The notes beneath the pieces are model-generated. The model saw only the letters and a list, made by a program, of their open reading frames with translations. It made no database searches and was not told the DNA's origin. A DNA stretch of 63,382 bases from Gemmatimonadales bacterium (lineage in GTDB: Bacteria > Gemmatimonadota > Gemmatimonadetes > Gemmatimonadales > GWC2-71-9), in NCBI GenBank assembly GCA_025928645.1, contig JAICJD010000002.1:1-63382 (forward strand), written 5' to 3'. Made by a program: the position numbers and the translations under genes. Below, in pieces: positions 17,400-25,512 of the stretch; within the stretch, counting starts at the first letter, position 1; every line of letters begins with the position of its first letter.

Positions 17400-18887
17400 T
17401 CACCGATCCTGCGGCGTCGTTGCCCCGCCCATCTGCGTCGCCAGCGCGCCGCGCAGGTCCACGCCTTCGGCGCCCAGCAGCCGGAACAGCTCCCACTCGG
17501 CGCTGCGCGCGGGGCCGATCCGGCGGCCGTTGTACATCAGCGAGATCACCAGCACGCCATCGGTTCGCCCGAGGTAGCCCGCCAGGTTCGCCGCGTCGTC
17601 GAGCGTGCCGGTCTTGGCGTGCACCACCCCTCGGCCCATTCCACCCCTGAGCCCGCGCAGCGTACCGGTGCCGTTGGCGGGCAGCAGCAGGGGGAAGTCC
17701 TCGTTGCCGGGGAGCTGCGGGTACCGGGCGAGGTACAGCATCTGGGTCATGGGACTGATGCGGTTGAGCTCGCTCAGTCCGCTCCCGTCCACCAGCGACA
17801 CGCGCGCGGCAGGGCCGACCACGCGGCGCACGTGGTCCGTCACGAGCGCGGGCCCGGTCGTCTGGCTTCCCGCTCCCCACTGCAGCATGAGCTCGGCGCC
17901 GATGTTGAGGCTGCGCCGGTTCACCTCCGTGGCCACGCTGTCGAAGGTGGACGACTCGATCTGTGCCAGCACCGAGCGCGCGGTGGCCGCCTGGCTGACC
18001 GGTCCGCCGGGCAGCACCCAGCGGATGCCGGCGCGTTCGAGCGCCACGCCCCAGACCGCGGCGAGCAAACGCGAGGGGTCGTGCGCTACCGCCGAGAACC
18101 CGACCGGGTGACGGTAGAGGCCGATGGTGCCGTTGAGCGTCCAGCCGCCGTCCGCGCCGGGCGTCAGCCAGAGCCGGCCGCCCGAGCCGCTCACGGTCGT
18201 GGCCTCCATGCGGATGAGGCGCGCGACCCCATCGGGATAGCCGGTCACCAGAAGGGGCGGGGCGCCGGTCTCGCGTCCCGGGCGGTAAGTCAGCGAGATC
18301 GTGTTCTCGCGCAGTGCTACCGGCCCCACCGGGGGCGCGTAGAGCTGCCCCTCGAACTCCGCGGACCAGACGCTCGGGTAATGGCTGGCGGCAGGACCGG
18401 TCCGGCTGGTGAGCACCAGCGGCCCCTCGAGCTGGCGCACGCCGCGTGCGCGCAGCCGCCGCGCCAGCTCCCCCAGCGTGGAGCCGCTTCGTCCGTCACG
18501 ATCGAGCGTCCAGTCGCCGCCGAGCTCCAGCGCCCAGGTGCCTTGCCAGCGCCCCGACATCGGGTCGAGCGCACCGTCGCCCACGACGCGCGTGGTCATG
18601 CGGGACGCGGCGCCCACCCGCGAACGAGTGAATCCGGTGGTGAACACCTTCGCGGTGGAGGCGGGCACGAGGGCCAGCTCCGGGCTGATACTCCAGAGCA
18701 CCCGTCCGTCCATGCTGCCGATGACCACGCCCCACTCGCCGCCGCGGGTACGCGCCTCGGTGCGGCGATACCAGTCGGCCAGCGCCTTCACCTCCTTCGG
18801 CGCCAGGCTCTGGGCTGCGGCCTGCGCCGAATGGAGGGCGCCCGCAACGACGACAGCGACCAGCGTCCCGACGAGACGGCGGGTCAT
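17400..18887 (-). CDS. dacB: D-alanyl-D-alanine carboxypeptidase/endopeptidase (PBP4, peptidase S13)
   Basis: Signal peptide MTRRLVGTLVAVVVAGALHSAQA, SxxK (PASTAKVF), DGSGLS, HAKTGTL. Start moved to ATG 18887. Confidence 0.9.
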   Translation of the reverse strand: MTRRLVGTLVAVVVAGALHSAQAAAQSLAPKEVKALADWYRRTEARTRGGEWGVVIGSMDGRVLWSISPELALVPASTAKVFTTGFTRSRVGAASRMTTRVVGDGALDPMSGRWQGTWALELGGDWTLDRDGRSGSTLGELARRLRARGVRQLEGPLVLTSRTGPAASHYPSVWSAEFEGQLYAPPVGPVALRENTISLTYRPGRETGAPPLLVTGYPDGVARLIRMEATTVSGSGGRLWLTPGADGGWTLNGTIGLYRHPVGFSAVAHDPSRLLAAVWGVALERAGIRWVLPGGPVSQAATARSVLAQIESSTFDSVATEVNRRSLNIGAELMLQWGAGSQTTGPALVTDHVRRVVGPAARVSLVDGSGLSELNRISPMTQMLYLARYPQLPGNEDFPLLLPANGTGTLRGLRGGMGRGVVHAKTGTLDDAANLAGYLGRTDGVLVISLMYNGRRIGPARSAEWELFRLLGAEGVDLRGALATQMGGATTPQDR

Positions 18888-19045
18888 AGCGCTCTTTGGT
18901 TTGGTGTCACGAACGAAGGTCCAAGCACGAACGGGAAGCTCACCCGGCGGGGGAGCAAGCGGTACGCCAAACGGCAAGCTATTGATTTACATCTAGATAG
19001 GACGCAAGCGCCGTCCGCTGGTCGGGCATTTTGCCAAGGGATCCG

Positions 19046-19714
19046 CTAGGAGATCCCGTCGGTCGCGGGCTCGGCAAACGCGGCGCCCGCCTGTTCGGCA
19101 GGCAGCGCCTCGGGCACGGGCGGCGGCTCCTCCCAAGGCGCCGTGAGCTCGTCGCCCGCGACTCGGGCCTGGACCCGCTGCAGGCACATCTGCGCGGTAG
19201 CGGCCGACAGCCCGAACTCCCTGATGTAGTGGTCGGCCACCGCGTTCACCGGCAGCACGTTCTTGAGCAGCCAGGCCAGCTCCAGCGCATTCTCTACGTG
19301 GGTCGCCACGACGGCCTCGGCGGCACGCGAGCCCGCCATCCTGGCGAGCTCGATCGTGCGCTCCAGATACCGGCGGCGGTATCGGCTGTGCTCGAGCTGC
19401 AGGTCGAGCCGGAGGCGATGCCACCCGCTCAGCACCGGCGGCTCGGCGGGCTCGGGAACAGCATCGAGGTCGAGGGCGGTGAGCGTCCGCGACCGCACGA
19501 TCTCGTGCATCGCTTCCGGCACCAAAGTCACCTGGAAGAACAGGTCCAGCCCGCGAAGCACCGAAATCCGCGGCGCGAACTCGGTGACGAACTGCAGCGC
19601 CTGGCGGGTGTAGGTGTCGATCAGCGCCTCCCAGCTCGCGGCATAGGCGACGCGGACCCGCAGGTGCATGTCCTCGGGGATTCGACGGAGGGACATCTGG
19701 CTCGGAACCGTCAT
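19046..19714 (-). CDS. Hypothetical protein (222 aa)
   Basis: MTVPSQMSLRRIPEDMHLRVRVAYAASWEALIDTYTRQALQFVTEF... The composition is not shadow-like, and GGAG lies 9 nt upstream of ATG 19714. I recognise no family. Confidence 0.55.
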   Translation of the reverse strand: MTVPSQMSLRRIPEDMHLRVRVAYAASWEALIDTYTRQALQFVTEFAPRISVLRGLDLFFQVTLVPEAMHEIVRSRTLTALDLDAVPEPAEPPVLSGWHRLRLDLQLEHSRYRRRYLERTIELARMAGSRAAEAVVATHVENALELAWLLKNVLPVNAVADHYIREFGLSAATAQMCLQRVQARVAGDELTAPWEEPPPVPEALPAEQAGAAFAEPATDGIS

Positions 19715-19845
19715 GGGGGCGACTCCGCCAGCAATATCCAGTCCCAATCAGCAACCAGGGGCATCCTCTGTTCGCGTGGGCTGCCGGGGGCTGACCGCGA
19801 CCGCCCCCCGCGCGCAAAACGCGCGCGGAGTGGCAGACCTCCCGA

Positions 19846-20334
19846 TCAGCGCAAGAACGACGGCAGGAAGCGCGAGTAGCGCCGCTCCCAGACCCGGAGC
19901 GACTCGAGCGAAAGGCCCTCCAGCTCCTGGGACACGGCCCGCGCCGCGGCGAGCGCCGTCTCGACATCCTCGGCGTTGGTGGTGTCGGGACGGGTGTGGA
20001 GCTCCGCGACTCCGACCAGCACGGTGAGCTGGTTATTCACGCGGTCCTGCAACATCACCCGGAGCTTCCGGATGAGACGAGCCCGGGCGAGCCGGGAATG
20101 CCGGCGAACCGCCCAGATGAGAAATCCCTGGAGCCAGACCAAGAACGTCAGCGCAAGACCCTGGGTACCGCGATCGATCTGGGCGAACGTCAGGGTGACG
20201 GACAGCAGCACCCCGGCTGTCGTGAGGAGCAGCTCGAAGTGCTCGGCGATACGGGCCCGAAGGGTCTGCCGCAGCTTCTTCCACGGTACCACGAGAACCT
20301 CGGCTCGATTTTGGTGCGGGGGAGCACTCCCCAA
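19846..20334 (-). CDS. Hypothetical membrane protein with a degenerate HisKA_2-like helix
   Basis: Two predicted TM helices (LLLTTAGVLLSVTLTF, LALTFLVWLQGFLIWAV), then RKLRVMLQDRVNNQLTVLVGVAEL. Start is TTG 20334 or GTG 20292. Confidence 0.55.
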   Translation of the reverse strand: MGSAPPHQNRAEVLVVPWKKLRQTLRARIAEHFELLLTTAGVLLSVTLTFAQIDRGTQGLALTFLVWLQGFLIWAVRRHSRLARARLIRKLRVMLQDRVNNQLTVLVGVAELHTRPDTTNAEDVETALAAARAVSQELEGLSLESLRVWERRYSRFLPSFLR

Positions 20335-20382
20335 TCTCGGAGAAAGCGCTCACGTCGTCCAGTGGCAGATTCTCGACACCGT

Positions 20383-20421
20383 ATAAAAAGACGACCCCGA
20401 CAGGTGCAGCACCTGTCGGGG
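20383..20421 (-). terminator. Rho-independent terminator of the sigma-factor gene
   Basis: The minus strand reads CCCCGACAGGTG-ctg-CACCTGTCGGGG, followed by TCGTCTTTTTATAC. 12-bp perfect stem at 20395-20421. Confidence 0.85.
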
Positions 20422-20444
20422 TTATGTGTTCGGAAGTGAATCGG

Positions 20445-21341
20445 TCAGGCGGCGAGGTCACGCAGCTTGTCGCCGTGCTGTTCCCGCAGCTGGCGCAGCG
20501 CCCGGTCGCGGAGCTGTCGAATGCGCTCCCGAGTGACACCCATCATCTGGCCGATTTCCTCCAAGGTCCGGGTCTTCCCGTCGTCCAGCCCGAAGTAGAG
20601 CCGGAGCACCTTCGCGTCTCGCGAAGGAAGCGCCGCGAGCGCCGCGTCGAGGTCGGTCGTCCGGCTGTTCGCCATGGTCGAGGCGTCGGTGCCTTCCTGG
20701 GTCAGCGGGACGAACCGCTCCATGCGGCCGCGGTCGTCAGCCTCGCGAACCGGATGGTCGAGACGCATGGCCTCGATGTGGAGCGCGCTCAGGGCACGGA
20801 CCGCATCACGCGTGAGGCCGGTGGCCTTGACCAGCTCCTCGGTGGTCGGGGCCCGGCCCAGCTTCTCGGTCAGCAAGGTGGTGGTTCGGCCCAGGCGGTT
20901 GAGGTCCGCGGTCCGGTTGAGCGGCACGCGCACGGGACGGCCGTGGCGCGCGATGGCCGCCTGGATCGCCTGACGAATCCACCACACCGCGTACGAGATG
21001 AACTTGACGCCGCGATCGGGATCGAACTTCCGGGCGGCGGTCATGAGGCCGAGATTGCCCTCGCCGATCAGGTCCATGAGCGGCACGCCCCGGTTCTGGA
21101 ACTTCTTGGCGACCGAGACGACGAACCGCACGTTGTGCCGTGCCAGCCGCTCCTGGGCCTCCACGTCGCCCCGGAACGCGCGACGCGCCAAGGCCGTCTC
21201 CTCCTCCACCGTGAGCAGAGGGATCCGGCTGATTTCCTGGAGGTAAAAGTCCAGGCTCTCACGCCCTTCATCGGCGGCCCGGGGAAGCTGCGTGGCCCGG
21301 GTACGACCCGCACGGCGGGACCGCTTCTTGGCTACAGGCAC
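20445..21341 (-). CDS. RNA polymerase sigma-70 family factor (RpoD/RpoS-like, regions 1.2-4.2)
   Basis: LDFYLQEISRIPLLT, DLIGEGNLGLMTAARKFDPDRGVKFISYAVWWIRQAI, TLEEIGQMMGVTRERIRQLRDRALRQLR. GTG start at 21341 with GGAG upstream. Confidence 0.9.
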   Translation of the reverse strand: MPVAKKRSRRAGRTRATQLPRAADEGRESLDFYLQEISRIPLLTVEEETALARRAFRGDVEAQERLARHNVRFVVSVAKKFQNRGVPLMDLIGEGNLGLMTAARKFDPDRGVKFISYAVWWIRQAIQAAIARHGRPVRVPLNRTADLNRLGRTTTLLTEKLGRAPTTEELVKATGLTRDAVRALSALHIEAMRLDHPVREADDRGRMERFVPLTQEGTDASTMANSRTTDLDAALAALPSRDAKVLRLYFGLDDGKTRTLEEIGQMMGVTRERIRQLRDRALRQLREQHGDKLRDLAA

Positions 21342-21472
21342 TCAGAACGCTCCTATCTTATTCAATGCGAACATCTTATCTCGTGCGATGCCGGCGGCTA
21401 CGGCGCTCACCCTGCAGGATGTCCGGCGTGCCGCGACCGTTGCACGGGCTCAGTGAACACGCGGGCGACGCC

Positions 21473-23959
21473 TCAAGTTCCTCCCCCGGAACGCCGTTTG
21501 GCGTGCCGCGTGGGCTCGGCATCGAGCGGATCGTCGGGCCATGGGTGCTTCGGGTACCGGCCCTTGAGATCCTTCCTTACCTCGAAGTAACCGGTTCGCC
21601 AGAACCCCGCGAGGTCACGCGTCACCTGAACCGGCCGCCCTGCGGGGGAGAGCAGGTGCAAGGTCAGCGGCACCCTGCCGCCGCCCACCCGTGGGGTCTC
21701 CGTCTGCCCGAACAACTCCTGAAGTTTGACGGCCAGAACCGGGGATGAAGGGTCGCTGTAGTCCACCTTGATGCGCGAGCCGCCGGGAACTTGCACATGC
21801 GTAGGGGCCCATTCATCGAGCTCGGCCCGTCGGCTCCAGGGCAGAAGATCCAGGAGTGCCGATCCTAAGTCATTGTTCTCTAAATCCTTAATGCTGCGGG
21901 CCCCGCCGATCCGCGGGCCCAGCCACCGCTCGACCGTCAGGGCGAGGGCATCGTCCGAGACATCGGGCCACGCTGGATCGAGCCGGTGCATGAACGCCAG
22001 ACGGGAACGGGTCCCGGACGCGGCATCGCTCCACGGAAGGCGCTGAATGCCGGTGCGGCGCACACCCTCCAGGAACGCCTCCCGGGCCCGGTCTGGATCC
22101 GGATGAGGAAGCGGGGCGTCTTCCAGCACGATGGCGCCCAGTCGGCGGCGCCGCCGGGCGACCACGCTCGCGGACGCCGTATCCCAGGCCACGACATCCT
22201 CATCGATCACGTCGTTGGCGAAGTGGGCCAGCAGCTCGGACTCGGGGAGGGCGAGCGCGAGATAGATCCTGCTCTCCGCCGGACGCCCGTCGAGCTCCGC
22301 GGCGACGATGAAGTCCTCGGCGGCCAGGCCCTGCGGCTCCATCCACGCTCCCTGCCCGTTTCTAAGGAGAAACCGGCCGGCCGATCCCGACCGGCGCCGG
22401 CCGATACGATCGGGATAGGCGAGCGCGAGCACCAACCCTGGCGAAGGACCGTCGACCGGCGTCGTCGCCCGCCCCGCGGCCTTGCAGGAACGAGCCTCGC
22501 GGCGCGCCTGCCGGAGCGCCTCGCGGTCCACGTCGGAGCGCATGATGGTTCCGCGCAGCAGGTCCAGCCTGACCGAAAGGTCCGCGTCGGCCGCATCCTG
22601 GACCCGGAGGAGATCGCGCTCGGTGAGCAGCGCGGCGAGCTCGCAGGGGAGGTCGCCCGCCCCGACCTCCCGGCCCCGCACGACCATGTGGGCCAGCCGC
22701 GGGTGCAGCGCGTAGCGGGATAACCGCCGGCCGTGCGCGGTGATGCGGTAGTCTCGATCCAGCGCTCCGAGCTCGACCAGGACTCCGCGCGCCTCGGCCA
22801 CCGCGCCCTGCGGCGGCGGATCGAGCCACGCCAGGTGCGCCGGATCGCTCACGCCCACAGCGGCCAGGGCCAGACACAGCGGCGCGAGATCCGCCTCGAG
22901 GATCTCGGGCGCGGAGCGCGGAACGAATGTCGTCTCCTCGGCCGGGGACCACAGCCGATAGCAGACGCCGGGCGCCTGCCGGCCGGCTCGCCCGCGGCGC
23001 TGGTCCGCCGAGGCGAGCGACACGCGGACGGTGGCGAGCCGGGTCATGCCCGTGCGCGGCGAGTATCGGGGCACCCGGGACCGCCCGCCGTCCACCACCA
23101 CGCGCACCCCATCGATCGTGAGGCTGGTTTCCGCAATCGAGGTGGCCAGTACGACCTTGCGACGCCCCGGCGGGCTCGGGCGGAGCACCTGGTCCTGCCG
23201 CTCGCGAGGAAGCGAGCCGTACAGCGGCAGCACGTCGGCTGGAAGGCCGGCCAGCAGTTGCTCCGTGCGCCGGATCTCGGCGGCGCCGGGGAGAAACGCG
23301 AGCACGTCACCCTCATCCGCCATGGATTCCCGAACCGCGGCCGCGACGGAGCTCTCGAGCCGCGCGCCGGGACGGGGGGCCTGGTACCGGGTTTCGATCG
23401 GGTACTGGATGCCACGGCTGGTCACGACGGGAGCGCCGCCGAGCAGGCCGGCCACGGCCTGCCCATCGAGCGTCGCGGACATGACGAGAACCCTCAGACC
23501 GGGACGGACGATGGCTCGCGACTGCAGGGTGAGCGCGAGCCCGAGATCGGCGTGCAGGCTGCGCTCGTGGAACTCATCGAAGATGACGAGCCCGGCCGTT
23601 TCCAGCGCCGGATCGCTCTCGAGCATCCGGGTGAGGATGCCCTCCGTCACAACCTCGATCCGGGTACGGGCGCCGACCACGGTTTCGTGGCGAATCCGGA
23701 AACCCACGGTGTCGCCGACCGCCTCCCCCAGCGCTTCGGCCATTCGAAGGGCGGCCGCCCTGGCCGCCAGCCGCCGGGGCTCGAGCAGGAGGATTCGACG
23801 GCCCTCGAGCCACTCCACGTCGAGCAGCGCGAGCGGCACACGCGTCGTCTTGCCGGCGCCGGGCGGCGCCTGCAGGACGGCAACTCCGGGACGTCGCAAG
23901 GCGTCGCGCAGTGCCGGAATCACCGGCTCGATCGGGAGCGGCTCGGGTGGGGCCCTCAT
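21473..23959 (-). CDS. hrpB: ATP-dependent RNA helicase HrpB (DEAH-box)
   Basis: From ATG 23959: LQAPPGAGKTTRVP, VIFDEFHERS, ATSIAETSLTIDGV, QRRGRAGR, plus the HrpB C-terminal domain. The upstream 115 codons of the ORF are R/G-rich and were rejected. Confidence 0.9.
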   Translation of the reverse strand: MRAPPEPLPIEPVIPALRDALRRPGVAVLQAPPGAGKTTRVPLALLDVEWLEGRRILLLEPRRLAARAAALRMAEALGEAVGDTVGFRIRHETVVGARTRIEVVTEGILTRMLESDPALETAGLVIFDEFHERSLHADLGLALTLQSRAIVRPGLRVLVMSATLDGQAVAGLLGGAPVVTSRGIQYPIETRYQAPRPGARLESSVAAAVRESMADEGDVLAFLPGAAEIRRTEQLLAGLPADVLPLYGSLPRERQDQVLRPSPPGRRKVVLATSIAETSLTIDGVRVVVDGGRSRVPRYSPRTGMTRLATVRVSLASADQRRGRAGRQAPGVCYRLWSPAEETTFVPRSAPEILEADLAPLCLALAAVGVSDPAHLAWLDPPPQGAVAEARGVLVELGALDRDYRITAHGRRLSRYALHPRLAHMVVRGREVGAGDLPCELAALLTERDLLRVQDAADADLSVRLDLLRGTIMRSDVDREALRQARREARSCKAAGRATTPVDGPSPGLVLALAYPDRIGRRRSGSAGRFLLRNGQGAWMEPQGLAAEDFIVAAELDGRPAESRIYLALALPESELLAHFANDVIDEDVVAWDTASASVVARRRRRLGAIVLEDAPLPHPDPDRAREAFLEGVRRTGIQRLPWSDAASGTRSRLAFMHRLDPAWPDVSDDALALTVERWLGPRIGGARSIKDLENNDLGSALLDLLPWSRRAELDEWAPTHVQVPGGSRIKVDYSDPSSPVLAVKLQELFGQTETPRVGGGRVPLTLHLLSPAGRPVQVTRDLAGFWRTGYFEVRKDLKGRYPKHPWPDDPLDAEPTRHAKRRSGGGT

Positions 23960-24470
23960 GGCGGTAACAATACCGTGCGGCGTAACAATCCCGCGCGGTG
24001 GGAACCGGATCGCGATGCGCGGCGTTCGCTTCCACGTGGCACGAGGCGTGCTATCCTGCGCGACCTCACCCCCGATCGCCGGGGGCGAAGAATCGGAAGG
24101 CAGAGTGTACCGTGCTGACGTGCGACTACAACGGATGGAACGACGCGCCGGAAGAGGAACGCGAGTGGTTCGACCAGCACCCCGAGATATGGGCCGGGCC
24201 CGCTCGAGGCCCTGAGCCTCACCTGCTCCGCGCGATCTGTCGGAAGCTCGGCCGGCTCCGGCGCAGGCCCTGAACCCGCCCCCTGGACCGTCGGTATCCG
24301 CCACCCTCTCGGCCTCCTTTCGGGAGGCCGTCGCGTTTCCGGCGTGAGGCGCGTCACCCGCCGCGGGGTGTGAGAGCAGTCACCGCGACCCGAGCCGAGC
24401 CGTGCCAGTTTGGCGTTGTCTCGGCACCAGTTCCACACCTGACGGAAAACTTGGCGACGGAGGAGGCGAT

Positions 24471-24692
24471 ATGCGCAAGCTCGCGGCAGCGTTGGCGATC
24501 ACGGCTTTGATCGGCGGATGCACGCCGAAGAACAACAACGGTGACACCGGCGCGGTGAACGACCACGCTGGCGTCGACACCAGCATCAGGTCCGGGACCG
24601 TCAAGGACACGACCGTCGTCAAGGCGGACACGAACATCGACGTGGATACGACCAAGCAGACGAACCACGTCAAGCACGACAGCACCAAGTAG
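24471..24692 (+). CDS. Small lipoprotein (73 aa)
   Basis: MRKLAAALAITALIGGC lipobox, GGAGGAGG Shine-Dalgarno at 24460-24467, and a polar T/D/N/K-rich mature part. Confidence 0.65.
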   Translation: MRKLAAALAITALIGGCTPKNNNGDTGAVNDHAGVDTSIRSGTVKDTTVVKADTNIDVDTTKQTNHVKHDSTK

Positions 24693-24861
24693 CCCTCCAG
24701 CAGCTCCGGCCGGTCGGGCGGCGGCACCGCCCGGCCGGGTCACCGGCTCTCCCGCTCATCCACGCTCGAACTTTTCAGCCGGACACGTGACCCCGCTCAC
24801 TGGGATGCCGCGGCCGGCAGCGTAGCATTGCGTCTCGCTCACCCTTTCTTCGGAGGTAGTT

Positions 24862-25491
24862 GTGGTACAGCGATCCAACGGTGGCGGCCGCGCCGCGGTG
24901 GCATCCAGGCCCCGCCACGAGGGCACGGGCCGTCCGAGCCCGCGTCCGCATACCGGCCAGCGCGCACCGGTGCTGCAGGAGTACGGCACCCTCGCACGGC
25001 TGCCGATCGGGCTCGACGAGTCCGTGTGCAACCGGAGCGTCGAGGCCCTGAATCAGGTCCTCGCGGACACGATCACACTGCGCGATCTCTACAAGAAATC
25101 ACACTGGCAGGTCACGGGGCACACGTTCTACCAGCTGCACCTCCTCTTCGACAAGCATCACGAGGAGCAGGACAAGCTGGTGGACATGGCGGCGGAGCGA
25201 ATCCAGCTCCTGGGCGGCATCAGCCTGGCGATGGGCGCGGACGTTGCAGAGGAGACCAGAATTCCGCGCCCCCCGCGCGGGCGTGAAGAGGTGCCCGTGC
25301 AGATCTCCCGCCTGCTGGAGGCGCACGAGCTGATCCTGACCTACGCCCGCGAGGCCGCCTCGGACGCCGACGAGGCGGGGGACGACGGCACCAACGATCT
25401 GCTCGTGAGCGACGTCATCCGGACCAACGAGCTCCAGGTCTGGTTCCTGTCCGAGCACCTGGTAGACGCGCCGACCGTCGAGGCCGAGTAG
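24862..25491 (+). CDS. dps: Dps-family DNA-protection/ferritin-like protein with a long N-terminal tail
   Basis: LNQVLADTITLRDLYKKSHWQVTGHTFYQLHLLFDKHHEEQDKLVDMAAERIQLLGG (ferroxidase His/Asp/Glu pattern). GTG 24862 is preceded by GGAGG. The N-terminal ~45 aa are basic and Pro-rich, so the true start could be further downstream. Confidence 0.85.
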   Translation: MVQRSNGGGRAAVASRPRHEGTGRPSPRPHTGQRAPVLQEYGTLARLPIGLDESVCNRSVEALNQVLADTITLRDLYKKSHWQVTGHTFYQLHLLFDKHHEEQDKLVDMAAERIQLLGGISLAMGADVAEETRIPRPPRGREEVPVQISRLLEAHELILTYAREAASDADEAGDDGTNDLLVSDVIRTNELQVWFLSEHLVDAPTVEAE

Positions 25492-25512
25492 CCCGAGGTA
25501 GATTGATCGGTC

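Noticed and set aside
24112-24273. Possible 53-aa ORF (VLTCDYNGWNDAPEEEREWFDQHPEIWAGP...) in the 510-nt gap between hrpB and the lipoprotein gene
   Set aside because: The first half looks protein-like, but the second half is an R-rich tail. It has only a weak GGAAGG upstream of a GTG start, and I recognise no family. This is not enough evidence to call a gene. It is worth a coding-potential or conservation check.
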